From: Bdellovibrionales bacterium
Lineage (GTDB): Bacteria > Bdellovibrionota > Bdellovibrionia > Bdellovibrionales > UBA1609
Length of the DNA: 64,000 bases
Assembly: GCA_965205945.1 (NCBI GenBank)
Contig: CBDBIB010000003.1
Span: 672,394 to 736,393 of the forward strand
Direction of reading: 5' to 3'
Positions 7,940 to 18,150 of this stretch are shown here, piece after piece. The notes under the pieces are model-generated. The model was not told the origin of the DNA and made no database searches. It saw nothing but the letters and a program-made list of their open reading frames with translations. Every line of letters begins with the position of its first letter. The first letter of the stretch is position 1. Both the position numbers and the translations under genes were made by a program.

Positions 7940-8773
7940 ATGGAAAAAGTAAAACTTTTACAAGGTGTGACAGCATATGAAGACTTAAATAAAGAGTTTT
8001 TAAAGGTAGTTGTTTTTCTCCATGGTGGAACTATTCCAAGCTGGTGTTATGATCATGTGTTTAAAAAACTTCAGGGCAAAAACTTTAGACTTATAAGGTA
8101 TGATATGTATGGCAGAGGGGAGTCAGATAGTCCAAATCTTAAATATAATAGAATTACATATTTACAACAGTTAGAAAACTTTTTAGAAAATTTAAAAATT
8201 AATAAGGTGCATGCTATTGTTGGATGTTCTTTTGGGGCTTCTTTAGGAACTTTGTTTAGCTTAAAAAATCCCCGCGCTGTTAAGAAAATTATTTATATTT
8301 CTCCAGCTATAAATTGGGTTAATAATATTAAATTGGCAAGAATATTTTTTATTCCTATTCTGGGTAGAATTTTGTTTTATACAGTAGGTAAAAAACTCAT
8401 TAGAAAAAGAGCATTAGGTTTTATGAAGTTTTTAAAAGATGAGGAATTTTTAGTTTATCAAACACTAATAGAAAAACAATTTCATATAAATAATCATGGT
8501 TTTTGGGATTCTCTTTATAAGCAACTTACAACAGATGCGTTAAAGAGTTATCTTGCTGAGTACAAAACTTTAGGGGGTTTGAACCAACATGATGTGAGCC
8601 TTATTTGGGGTATTGGTGATAAGGAAGTAAGTGCGGATGATATAAAAAATATTAAGCAGTATTTTCAAAATATTAATATAAAAAATATAAAGGGAGCTGG
8701 TCATGGTCTTATGGCAGAATTTCCTGAACTGGTGGCAGCGTTTGTTGTAGAGGCTTTAAAGGAGGCGCCTTAA
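7940..8773 (+). CDS. Alpha/beta-fold hydrolase
   Basis: FLHG, YDMYGRGES, nucleophile elbow GCSFG, WG..D and AGH; GGAGG upstream of ATG 7940. Confidence 0.85.
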   Translation: MEKVKLLQGVTAYEDLNKEFLKVVVFLHGGTIPSWCYDHVFKKLQGKNFRLIRYDMYGRGESDSPNLKYNRITYLQQLENFLENLKINKVHAIVGCSFGASLGTLFSLKNPRAVKKIIYISPAINWVNNIKLARIFFIPILGRILFYTVGKKLIRKRALGFMKFLKDEEFLVYQTLIEKQFHINNHGFWDSLYKQLTTDALKSYLAEYKTLGGLNQHDVSLIWGIGDKEVSADDIKNIKQYFQNINIKNIKGAGHGLMAEFPELVAAFVVEALKEAP

Positions 8774-8840
8774 ATTTTTAGATAGTAGAGTCTTTATTTT
8801 ATGGAGTTTAAAGATTTAGCCTTAAAAACATTACGTTTTT

Positions 8841-11462
8841 TTAAGATAAAAGACTTATAACTGTTGAGTTTAGGTTTTTAATCGATTCAACGGTTCCTTG
8901 TGCAAAATCAGGTTTTCCGCCACCTTTACCACCGAGCTTTATGGTGAGCTCTTTTAAAAAAATCCCAGCACTAAAATCTTTAAAATCTTTTGTTTTAGAT
9001 ACAAGAATAGGAAAGCCTTTGTTTGTTTTTTCGGCTGTAAAAATACAGACTCCAGGTTTTTTCATCTGGCCCCTTGCTTTGTCTGCAGCAATTTTTAAAT
9101 CATTTCTACTAAAATTTTTAAGATGTGAAATACAAATCTTAATCTCTCCAAATTTAGAGTCTATACTTTCAAACTGAGAGGGGGCAGCTAAGGCTTTAGA
9201 TTTAATTTTTTTATTTAAAGTTTTAATTTCTTCAGTTAATTTAGATACTTGTGTTATAAGATCTTTACTTGAGGAGTTTTTATTAAAACCTAAATAAAGT
9301 GCAACCTCTTCAAAATCAGAAGTTTTTTGATTTAGGTATGAAAAGGCTTTAGCCCCTGTAACAGCTTCGATTCTTCTAATTCCTGAGCTTATTCCAGACT
9401 CAGTTTTAATTTTAAAGCTACCTATGTCTTGAGTATTAGAAACATGTGTTCCTCCACAAAGCTCTTTTGAGAGGTCACCCATGGTAAGAACTCTTACTTT
9501 AGAACTATACTTTTCCCCAAAAAGTGCTTGAGCTCCAGCTTTTTTAGCCTCATCAATATTCATAAGTTCTGTTTGAACAGGGTTAGCTTTTTTAATTTCT
9601 TTATTAACTAGTCGCTCAATTTCTTTTAAGTTATCTTTAGAAATAGGGCCCTTGTGGGAGAAATCAAATCTTAGCTTATTCTCATTAACTAGTGACCCTG
9701 CTTGCTGCACGTTATCTCCACAAACTTTAACTAAGGCAGCATGTAGTAGATGAGTTGCAGAGTGGTTTTGTTGGGTTTGATATCTTAGAGTTTCATCAAC
9801 TAAAAGAGAAATTTTATCACCATTTTTAAAGCTTCCATTAATTATTTTACAAAGGTGGACAAAAAGATGATCAAGCTTTTTAACATCTAAAACCTTAGCA
9901 ATATTTTTTTCACAAGTTATTCTCCCTCTGTCTCCAACTTGCCCACCGCCCTCAGCATAAAAAGGGGTAGTATTAGAAATTAAATAAAAATCTTTAAAGC
10001 TACTAGTGTTGATTTCGCCTTCACAGGTTGTATGCATTTGAAGAATGGTTCCTTTATCAGAGGTGTTTTTATAACCTGTAAACTTAGTAGGCTTTAAATT
10101 CTTTAAAGAGATTTTAATACTTTTAGGAAAATCAAATAAGAGGGTTTCTTTTTTACTTATAGATTTTGCTTGATTTTTTGCAGAGAGTAACTTTTCTTTA
10201 AAGCCTTTTTCATCAAGATTATAGCCTTTCTCAGTTAAAATGATTTTTGTTAAATCAATAGGAAATCCAAAAGTATCGTAGAGTTTAAAAGCGCTTTCTG
10301 CAGATAAAGTTTTTAACCCTTTTAAATTTAAGAGTTCTTTTTCTAAAAGCCTTTCCCCTTTATTAAGAGTATTTAAGAATTTGGTTTCTTCTTCAGTTAC
10401 GGTTTTTAAAATTATTTGAGAACGCTCGTTTAGTTCAGGGTAGAATTTACTCATTTGTGCAATCACTTTTTCACAAAGTAGGGGTAAGATTGGGGTGTTA
10501 GAAAGTTTATTATTAAAGCGGACTGCGCGTCTAAGAATACGTCTAAGAACATAACCACGGCCTTCATTGTTTGGTAAAATACCGTCAGCAATTAAAAAAG
10601 AAACAGCTCTTGCATGATCAGCTAGGACTCTTAAAGCAGCTCTACTAGAAGATCTTTTTGGATCATCTAAATCATAAGGAGTTTGTAAGAGTTTTGAAGC
10701 TCTTTGAATAATAGGTAGAAATAAATCTGTTTCATAGTTACTGGTTTTATTTTGTATCACCATAGAAATACGCTCTAAACCCATTCCTGTATCAATTGAT
10801 GGTTTTGGTAAGAGTTTTTGTCCGTCTTCATTTTCATGAAATTGCATAAAAACAAGATTCCAGATTTCAATAAAACGATCACCGCTTCCACCAACTACGT
10901 CCTTAAGTCTAGATCCCATTTTAGGTCCAAAGTCATAAAAGATCTCAGAACATGGTCCACAGGGGCCAACATTTCCCATTCGCCAGAAATTGTCTTCCTC
11001 TCCAAAAGTAGAATAATGGTTTTTTGATATTCCTATTTTTTTAAGCCATATTTTTTCAGTTTCATGGTCAGTTTTAAAGCCTGTGATGTAGAGTTTTTTA
11101 GGGTCAAGGCAAAGCTCTTTTGTTAAAAAATTCCATGCATAATCAATAGCGCTTTCTTTAAAATAATCTCCAAAAGAAAAATTTCCAAGCATTTCAAAAA
11201 AAGTGTGATGCCTGGCTGTAAATCCCACATTGTCTAAGTCATTGTGCTTACCGCCAGCACGAATACATTTTTGACAAGTCGTTGCACGTGGAGTTCTTGG
11301 AGTTTGAGTGCCAAGGAAAATAGGTTTAAATTGATTCATTCCAGCATTGCTAAACATAATTGTTGGATCATTGTGAGGAATTAAAGAAGAGGAAGGAAGA
11401 ATGAGATGGTCATTTTTCCTAAAGTAATTTAAAAAAGAAGACCTAATGTCTGAACTTTTCAT
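8841..11462 (-). CDS. alaS: Alanine--tRNA ligase
   Basis: NAGMNQFK, RHHTFFEMLGNFSFGDYFK, DTGMGLER, HSATHLL, ELCGGTH and GGGKPDFAQG. Confidence 0.98.
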   Translation of the reverse strand: MKSSDIRSSFLNYFRKNDHLILPSSSLIPHNDPTIMFSNAGMNQFKPIFLGTQTPRTPRATTCQKCIRAGGKHNDLDNVGFTARHHTFFEMLGNFSFGDYFKESAIDYAWNFLTKELCLDPKKLYITGFKTDHETEKIWLKKIGISKNHYSTFGEEDNFWRMGNVGPCGPCSEIFYDFGPKMGSRLKDVVGGSGDRFIEIWNLVFMQFHENEDGQKLLPKPSIDTGMGLERISMVIQNKTSNYETDLFLPIIQRASKLLQTPYDLDDPKRSSSRAALRVLADHARAVSFLIADGILPNNEGRGYVLRRILRRAVRFNNKLSNTPILPLLCEKVIAQMSKFYPELNERSQIILKTVTEEETKFLNTLNKGERLLEKELLNLKGLKTLSAESAFKLYDTFGFPIDLTKIILTEKGYNLDEKGFKEKLLSAKNQAKSISKKETLLFDFPKSIKISLKNLKPTKFTGYKNTSDKGTILQMHTTCEGEINTSSFKDFYLISNTTPFYAEGGGQVGDRGRITCEKNIAKVLDVKKLDHLFVHLCKIINGSFKNGDKISLLVDETLRYQTQQNHSATHLLHAALVKVCGDNVQQAGSLVNENKLRFDFSHKGPISKDNLKEIERLVNKEIKKANPVQTELMNIDEAKKAGAQALFGEKYSSKVRVLTMGDLSKELCGGTHVSNTQDIGSFKIKTESGISSGIRRIEAVTGAKAFSYLNQKTSDFEEVALYLGFNKNSSSKDLITQVSKLTEEIKTLNKKIKSKALAAPSQFESIDSKFGEIKICISHLKNFSRNDLKIAADKARGQMKKPGVCIFTAEKTNKGFPILVSKTKDFKDFSAGIFLKELTIKLGGKGGGKPDFAQGTVESIKNLNSTVISLLS

Positions 11463-11700
11463 ATTCCGTCCTTCAGGGGTGGGGGTGTTTTTTTAGTTCT
11501 TAAAAAAAAGATCCTTTATGGTAATATTAAAAGCAACGTATTTATTGTTTATTATGCCAAATTTTTTACAAAGATGATAGGTTGTTTTATGCTTTGTACC
11601 TTTTTTTATGGTCTTTAAGATTTTGAGGCGGTGAGTCTTGGTGACTTATAAGAGGCCTTTTCCTTTACTTTAGACTCTAACTAAAAGATATATTTAAAAT

Positions 11701-12168
11701 ATGCACAACAAAATTTGGCCAGAAGGTATAGCAACTTTATTCGGTGTGGGGCGTATAGGCAAAGCTCCTGGTACAATGGGGAGTCTTGTAGCCTTTCCTG
11801 TAATTTTTTTTATGAGTTATTTATCTCCCTTTTTATATATGGGTTTAGCAGTAGCATTAATTTTTTTATCTATAGTAGCAGCGGATAAATACGGTAAGGG
11901 CAGGGATTTAAAAGAAATTGTTGCCGATGAATTTACAGGCCTTATGGTGACCTTGTTCATGATCCCTCATAAGTGGTCGCTTTGGATATTAGGTTTTTTG
12001 CTTTTTCGCTTTTTTGATATTTTAAAGCCTTTTCCAATTTCTTATTTGGATAAGAATGTTAAAGGTGGTTTTGGGGTAGTTTTAGATGATTTGGTTGCGG
12101 GTCTGGCTGCTAATGCTTGTATTCACTTTATTTGGATTGTTTATGTGGATGCTTATGTTTCTTTTTAA
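11701..12168 (+). CDS. pgpA: Phosphatidylglycerophosphatase A
   Basis: APGT.GS, EIVADE, FRFFDILKP.PI and GG.GVVLDDLVAG. Confidence 0.93.
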   Translation: MHNKIWPEGIATLFGVGRIGKAPGTMGSLVAFPVIFFMSYLSPFLYMGLAVALIFLSIVAADKYGKGRDLKEIVADEFTGLMVTLFMIPHKWSLWILGFLLFRFFDILKPFPISYLDKNVKGGFGVVLDDLVAGLAANACIHFIWIVYVDAYVSF

Positions 12169-12340
12169 CTTATTACCTCTATAGACTTAAACTTAGTGTT
12201 AAAGAAAGGTTAAAATAAAAGGAAAATAACTTTATATTAAGGGTATTAAAATAAGTCTTAAGCTTTGTTGTGTTGCTAAAGTATGGGGGAGTGTAGTTAA
12301 AAGTAAATAGAGTTAGCATTAATTTTTAAGTGGAGACAAA

Positions 12341-12820
12341 ATGTTAAAAGAAGAAATCTTTAATTATTTTAAAAAACATAATAAAACTTTATCTTTAGTA
12401 GAAAGCTGTACTGGAGGAGGGCTTTGTCAAGATTTTGTGCTTATTCCTGGAGCTTCAAAAGTTTTACGGGGTAGTTTGGTGGCGTACCAGGATTTTAGTA
12501 AAAACAAATGTCTCAAAATAGATCAAAAATTAATCAATGAGCAAACCTCGGTTAGTGCTTCTGTGGCATTAGAAATGGCTAAAAAGGGAGCTCTTTTTTT
12601 TCAAAGTGATGTAAGCTTATCAACGACGGGCTGGGTTGGGCCGGGAGGTGGAAATAGTGCTGATCCAGTGGGCACGATTTATTTTGCAGTGTGTGGTAAA
12701 GGCATTGAACTTGTTGAAAGGCGGATGTTTAAAGAGTGTAATAAACGTAAGTTACTAATGGAGCGCTCAAACACTTATGCATGGCAGGTGCTAGCAAGAG
12801 CTTTAAGTATAATAAAGTAG
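12341..12820 (+). CDS. cinA: CinA C-terminal domain / NMN deamidase (PncC-like)
   Basis: ESCTGG, PGAS, EMAKKG, TG.VGP.GG...PVGT; lies upstream of recA. Confidence 0.85.
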   Translation: MLKEEIFNYFKKHNKTLSLVESCTGGGLCQDFVLIPGASKVLRGSLVAYQDFSKNKCLKIDQKLINEQTSVSASVALEMAKKGALFFQSDVSLSTTGWVGPGGGNSADPVGTIYFAVCGKGIELVERRMFKECNKRKLLMERSNTYAWQVLARALSIIK

Positions 12821-12870
12821 GTTAAAATAAAAACTAAAAGATTAAACACAACAATGAAAAAGAGGTTTTG

Positions 12871-13956
12871 ATGAAACAAACAACAGATATAAATAAGACT
12901 AAAGCACTAGACTTAGCGTTAACTAATATTGAAAAACAGTTTGGTAAGGGTTCTATCATGAAGATGGGTGATGGAACATTAGTACAAGAAGGTATTGAGG
13001 CGATTAGTACAGGAGCTTTAAGCCTTGATATAGCATTAGGGATTGGTGGGCTTCCAAAGGGAAGAATCATTGAAATTTATGGGCCTGAAAGTTCAGGTAA
13101 GACAACTTTAGCTTTATCAACTATTGCACAGGCTCAAAAAATTGGTGGGACAGTGGCTTTTGTTGATGCTGAACATGCTTTAGACGTTACTTATGCAGAA
13201 AAACTAGGTTGTAAAATTAATGATATGTTAGTTTCACAGCCAGACACAGGTGAACAAGCATTAGAAATTACAGAAGCTCTTGTTAGATCAGGTGCTATTG
13301 ATGTGTTGGTTATTGATTCCGTAGCAGCACTTGTTCCAAGAGCTGAAATTGAAGGGGATATGGGGGATAGCCACATGGGTCTTCAGGCTAGACTAATGTC
13401 TCAAGCTTTAAGAAAACTTGCAGGGGTTATTAATAGAAGTAATACAATGGTTATTTTTATTAATCAGTTAAGAATGAAAATTGGTGTAATGTTTGGAAAT
13501 CCAGAAACTACAACAGGTGGAAATGCTTTAAAATTTTATGCTTCAATTCGCCTTGATGTAAGAAGAATCGGAGCCATTAAAAATGGTGAAGAAGTTATTG
13601 GAAATAAAACAGCTGTAAAAGTTGTTAAAAACAAACTGTCTCCTCCCTTTGCAAGAGTTGAGTTTGATCTTATGTACGGTGAGGGTATTTCTTTAGAAGG
13701 AGATCTTATTGAACTTGCGGTTAAGAAAGATATTGTGAATAAAGCGGGTGCTTGGTATTCCTATGAAGGTGCTAAACTTGGCCAGGGTAAAGAAGCTGCA
13801 AAAGGACTGTTAAAAAAAGACACTAAACTTAGAGAAGACATTATGAAAAAAGTTAGAGTGGCTTATGGTATTGCTAAAAAAAGTGATACAGTAATTGCTC
13901 AAGGAAAAGTTTTAAAAGCGCAGACTGTTAAAAAAGAAAAAAACTTTAAAGCATAG
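12871..13956 (+). CDS. recA: Recombinase A
   Basis: [39 protein letters not shown]. Confidence 0.99.
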   Translation: MKQTTDINKTKALDLALTNIEKQFGKGSIMKMGDGTLVQEGIEAISTGALSLDIALGIGGLPKGRIIEIYGPESSGKTTLALSTIAQAQKIGGTVAFVDAEHALDVTYAEKLGCKINDMLVSQPDTGEQALEITEALVRSGAIDVLVIDSVAALVPRAEIEGDMGDSHMGLQARLMSQALRKLAGVINRSNTMVIFINQLRMKIGVMFGNPETTTGGNALKFYASIRLDVRRIGAIKNGEEVIGNKTAVKVVKNKLSPPFARVEFDLMYGEGISLEGDLIELAVKKDIVNKAGAWYSYEGAKLGQGKEAAKGLLKKDTKLREDIMKKVRVAYGIAKKSDTVIAQGKVLKAQTVKKEKNFKA

Positions 13957-13970
13957 CCTCTTAAGTTTTT

Positions 13971-14345
13971 ATGAAATTTTTAATAGTATTAGGATGTATT
14001 TTATTTTTTGGATGCAACACAACTCAAAACTCTTTTAAGGAAGCTTTTTTAGGCTTTGAAAAAGAAAAACTTAAATACCTTTCTTCTTTAGAGGGCGGGG
14101 CTTATAAAACACCATGCATTCATCTTCCTTTTATAGATAAAAACTTTCCTGAATTTTTAGGAAGTGTAATTAGGCTTTATGATCCGAAAGTTGATCTTGT
14201 TGGAGCATATAAAATTTCGCGTTTATTAGTAAAGCAGGAAGGAAAGGCAAGAACTCATGTTATAGATACTAGTTCTGTAAACCTTTGCAGATTAGGAGAT
14301 GAGATGGGTTATTCTTTTAAAGCTGTTAATATTGAAAAAAAATAA
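13971..14345 (+). CDS. Hypothetical lipoprotein
   Basis: Short signal peptide with lipobox-like FFGC. Confidence 0.55.
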   Translation: MKFLIVLGCILFFGCNTTQNSFKEAFLGFEKEKLKYLSSLEGGAYKTPCIHLPFIDKNFPEFLGSVIRLYDPKVDLVGAYKISRLLVKQEGKARTHVIDTSSVNLCRLGDEMGYSFKAVNIEKK

Positions 14346-14705
14346 ATAAAACTAAATTTTAGAACAATAAATTAAAAATAAGGCAGGGTTATTTTGTCAA
14401 CAAGCCCTTTATAAGCTGCTTTGAAAGTAAATCGTTGATTTGCTTCATAAATTTTTTAGATTTTATATAAGGTATAGAGATTATAAGGTGGTGGTTTTTT
14501 TGTAAAGATCTTGGATTAAAGCTTTAAAGTTAAAGAAGGCTTTAGTTTGATTTTTAAAAATTTTTGCAATCTTAAAATAAAAGAATCAAGGGGATATTTT
14601 CATAGGTAGGGTCATTTAGTGATTTTTTTAAAAACATCAAACCTTTAAAAGTTATCTTTTTTTTGAGTTATTGTGGTTTCAAGTTAGAATACTTTATTAT
14701 CACTA

Positions 14706-15579
14706 GGGTGTGTCCTCATAAGAGAGTCCTGAAATCAATACATTTGCCCAGTTGAATGACTTAAAATGATGGGAAAAACTCGACTTATCGAGGTATTTTG
14801 CATGGTAAGAAAAGTTTTAACAGATTCTCTATGGGAGCAGCTTGAAGTGATTTTGGTTTCACATGGCTGCAGAAGATCAAAAAATAACCGTAATGTTATG
14901 GAGGCTATCCTGTGGAAGCTTCGAACAGGTGGTCCTTGGAGGGGATGTACCTGAAAAGTTTTGTCCTTGGAAAACAGCTTACAATCGGTTTAATCGATGG
15001 GCTGCAAAGGGCTTGTGGGATAATTTTTTTTTGCTTTACAAGAAGAAGTTGATACAGAGTGGGTGTCCATCGACGGAACTTACGTACGCGCTCATCAGCA
15101 TGCTAGTGGAGCTAGGCGTGGAGAGTACCGTGCAATTGGAAGGTCTGCAGGTGGAGCCACAACAAAAATACACATGGCCTGTGATGCCCATGGAAATCCG
15201 ATTTGTTTTGAAGTCACTGGGGGTCAAGTGCACGACAGTAAAGCTGCACCCAGCTTGATTGAACAGCTAGAGGCAGAAAGTTTACTGGCAGATAAAGGCT
15301 ATGACTCTGAACAGATCAGGCAACTAGCTCGAGATAAAAATATGAAGCCAATGATACCTCAAAGAAGAAACAGTAAGAAATTAAATCCAGAACTGGATAA
15401 AGATACTTACAAGGCCAGACACCAAGTGGAGAATGTCTTTGTAAGGCTTAAACACTTTAGAAGTGTGGCGATTCGCTTTGAAAAACTCGCTAGAAACTTT
15501 AGATCGATAATATCTTTAGCGTGCACTTTTGTGTGGCTAAAACTTAACTATGCTGGTCCAGGGTTATGAGGACACGCCC
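14706..15579 (+). mobile_element. IS5-family insertion sequence (IS427-like, 874 bp)
   Basis: Terminal IRs GGGTGTGTCCTCATAA / TTATGAGGACACGCCC (15/16 match), TA on both flanks, visibly higher GC than the surroundings, transposase inside. Confidence 0.92.
14802..15569 (+). pseudogene. IS5-family DDE transposase split over three frames
   Basis: LTD..W..L, WKLRTG.PWR/DVP, W.T.YNRF.RW, SIDGT.VRAHQHA, ADKGYD, RHQVENVF..LK.FR; shifts at G4 (14941-14944) and T9 (15024-15032). Confidence 0.85.
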
Positions 15580-15633
15580 TAATAATGAATTAATTTGAGT
15601 CAATGCCCTAATAAGGAATTAATTTGAGTCAAT
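15576..15633 (+). repeat. 29-bp tandem direct duplication overlapping the IS right end
   Basis: GCCCTAATAATGAATTAATTTGAGTCAAT followed by GCCCTAATAAGGAATTAATTTGAGTCAAT (28/29 identical). Confidence 0.9.
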
Positions 15634-15690
15634 TTAATTTAATTTGTATTTTTTTGTAAAGTTTTTTGATATTTAATCCGATGCTCAGTT

Positions 15691-17208
15691 ATGAGAAACT
15701 TAGAAAAAATACTGATTTTATTTGTGGGTGTTACAGCCTTATTTTTTTTAGAAATTAGCTTTGCCAAAAGTGTTGATCCACAAGCCATATTAAATGGGCA
15801 TGCACAAGATGAAGCAAAAACGACATTAGAAGAGATAGCTTTTGAGGCTTATGATGTTAAAAATTTAGAAGACCTTGAAAAAAAGATGAAGAAAATCAAG
15901 CAGGCCATGGACGACTTAATATTGGATAAGGATATTGTAAATGGGCCGCAAGGGGGGGCGACTCATCTAACGAGCTTTGAAGTTTTTTTAAATGACGCTA
16001 AGAGCTTTTATGATGAGCAAAAAGAATTATTTAAAAAGGCTGTAGGGTGTTGTGGAAACCCAGATTCTTGTAAATCTACTATTGAAGTAGTGGTAGAGGA
16101 GGCTGCGCCTTGGATTGGAGTTGCTGCTGGGCTTGGATTGGATATTCTTTCTGGTGGAGGCGCACAATGTGTTCAGAGTTTAACTCAAATTGGTCAAACC
16201 CTGGGTGGTTTTATGGGAGTTAGCAAGGCTTGTGAAATACTTCACAGTGGGGGCACTATTGAAGGGAAAACCGTTATTGGCGCAGTTAATCTTGCTAAAG
16301 GGCTTAAAGAAGTTCTTAAGGCCGCAAAGTTAAAAGATCTACCGGCAAATAGCTCAGCTGCGTTGGTAGCTAAGCAGCAAAGTTTAAAAAAAATTCAGAC
16401 AGACTTTATTCAAGACATGGACAAATCAATTAATCAAGTTTCAAATTTACTAAAAAAAGGTCAAGTGCAGGCTAAGGCTCTATCTGACAGTTTATTACAG
16501 TCAGCTGTTCCAGCAACGTCGTGTGTGCTAAAATTAGTAAGATTATTAGATGAGGATGGAACTAATACTAATACTAATTCAATTGCGGCTGTTAACTGTA
16601 TAAATTTAAATGATGTTGCAGCAAATCCTGGAATTTGTAGAGGTTATGGAGGATCAGCTTTTAATAAAGATATTGGTTTTCAAAAAATTGCAACGGCTGA
16701 TATTGGATCAGATGGGTCTCCTGGATTGTATAAGAACTCGCCCAAAGTAGATCCATTAGATCTATCAGATAAAGAAGAAAAACACACTGCTCCTTCTCCT
16801 TCTTCTTCTGGCCCAACAGCGGCTGCAAGCACATCACCAGGAGGCTTCGGTGCTGGAGGCTCTAACGGAGGCAATCAAGAAAAAACAACAGGCGGCAGCG
16901 GCAATAGAAAAACAGCTGGTAAAGAGGGTAAACTATTTAACGGTTATCGACGAAATAGGTCTGCAGGAGGATCATCATTTAATAGATTTAAAGGGTTTAA
17001 CAGCGGACTTAACATGTCAGGTAAAACTGAGGAACAAAAGAAAAATGCTTTAGTGGCTTTAGATCGATTAATTAAAGCAAGGGTTTCTCCTGATCAAGCA
17101 GGTTCTATATTTGAGAGAGTTTCAAATAGATTTAAAACATCAATAGTAAAAGAAAATTTATTTGATTGTAAGGGTAATAAAGAATCATGGATGGAAAACC
17201 TGAAATGA
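15691..17208 (+). CDS. Secreted Cys-containing protein with Gly/Ser-rich region and C-terminal SIFERVSNRF motif
   Basis: 505 aa, signal peptide ending SFA, GCCGNPDSC, low-complexity G/S/P tract. Confidence 0.7.
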   Translation: MRNLEKILILFVGVTALFFLEISFAKSVDPQAILNGHAQDEAKTTLEEIAFEAYDVKNLEDLEKKMKKIKQAMDDLILDKDIVNGPQGGATHLTSFEVFLNDAKSFYDEQKELFKKAVGCCGNPDSCKSTIEVVVEEAAPWIGVAAGLGLDILSGGGAQCVQSLTQIGQTLGGFMGVSKACEILHSGGTIEGKTVIGAVNLAKGLKEVLKAAKLKDLPANSSAALVAKQQSLKKIQTDFIQDMDKSINQVSNLLKKGQVQAKALSDSLLQSAVPATSCVLKLVRLLDEDGTNTNTNSIAAVNCINLNDVAANPGICRGYGGSAFNKDIGFQKIATADIGSDGSPGLYKNSPKVDPLDLSDKEEKHTAPSPSSSGPTAAASTSPGGFGAGGSNGGNQEKTTGGSGNRKTAGKEGKLFNGYRRNRSAGGSSFNRFKGFNSGLNMSGKTEEQKKNALVALDRLIKARVSPDQAGSIFERVSNRFKTSIVKENLFDCKGNKESWMENLK

Positions 17209-18101
17209 AAAAAGCTATTTCAATACTAATTTTAGTGCTTGGTATGAGTTTGATGGGGCCACATGCTTTATATGCAGGGGGTTCAACGGATGCTAATATT
17301 TCAAGAGCTACTAACCTTGTAGGGGCAGCGGCATCTAGTGTATATTCTGCCAAGAAATTTTCTTGCTGTAATCCTAAGGGTATATGGTGTTGTATTGAAG
17401 GTGTTTTAGGGGCTTTACAAGCTCTTGAAATGTTTCGTGGTGCAGTAAATTCAGGGAGTGTAGCAAAAGCTCTTAATAATGGTTCTTATGACGGGCTTGG
17501 TTTTGATCCTATAAAGGCAGGGTTTTGTTTTGAAGAAAAAAATGGCTGTACTTCTGATGACATAGATTCAACCTTAAAAGGTTTTAAAGAGGCTTTTAAA
17601 ACAGGTAAGGGCTATGGTGATGAGATTTTTAAAATGGAAAAAAAAGCTTTAGCACAGCTAGCTGAAATTGAGAAAAAAGGTTTTAAAATAGATAAAAAAG
17701 CTCGGACTATTACAGATCCAAAAGGTGAAGTTTTTAGTCTTGATGGAGCTCAGGGTTTAAAAATTCCTAAAAGTTTATCAAAGATAGCATCTAATAAGGT
17801 GGAAGGGGTTCAAAGTCTTTTAAATAATAAAAAAACAGGTCAAGGCAAAGCTGCAGCGTCAGCGGGTACAAGTAGCGATGGGGTTATTTTTAAAGATGAG
17901 TTTGCTCTAAACCTTGGTAATAGTGGCGCTTTAAATAATAAAAAAAGAAAGCCTTTAGGAGAAAATAAAAAGAAGTTTTTAGCAGGGCTTTTAGATAAGG
18001 ATACTAAGGGTGGAGTTGGTTTTTCTGGAGATGATATCTTTAAAATGATTCAAAGGCGTTACAGGAAAAAAATAGAAAATAAAGAATTTTTAGAAGAGTA
18101 A
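17205..18101 (+). CDS. Secreted Cys-containing protein with C-terminal DIFKMIQRRY motif
   Basis: ATGA overlap with the upstream stop; signal peptide MKKAISILILVLG; SCCNPKGIWCC. Confidence 0.7.
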   Translation: MKKAISILILVLGMSLMGPHALYAGGSTDANISRATNLVGAAASSVYSAKKFSCCNPKGIWCCIEGVLGALQALEMFRGAVNSGSVAKALNNGSYDGLGFDPIKAGFCFEEKNGCTSDDIDSTLKGFKEAFKTGKGYGDEIFKMEKKALAQLAEIEKKGFKIDKKARTITDPKGEVFSLDGAQGLKIPKSLSKIASNKVEGVQSLLNNKKTGQGKAAASAGTSSDGVIFKDEFALNLGNSGALNNKKRKPLGENKKKFLAGLLDKDTKGGVGFSGDDIFKMIQRRYRKKIENKEFLEE

Positions 18102-18150
18102 GAAAATTAAAACTAGCAAGTGATATTTAAAACTGTTAGAATTTGTGTTA

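Noticed and set aside
14766..15258. ORFs 14766-14954, 14863-15258 and 15036-15233 as separate genes
   Set aside because: They are fragments or shadows of a single frameshifted transposase
15576..15633. 29-bp direct repeat as a possible CRISPR array
   Set aside because: Only two units, directly adjacent with no spacer, and no cas genes
16561..16578. (ACTAAT)3 microsatellite
   Set aside because: Short in-frame TNTNTN linker with no evidence of phase variation
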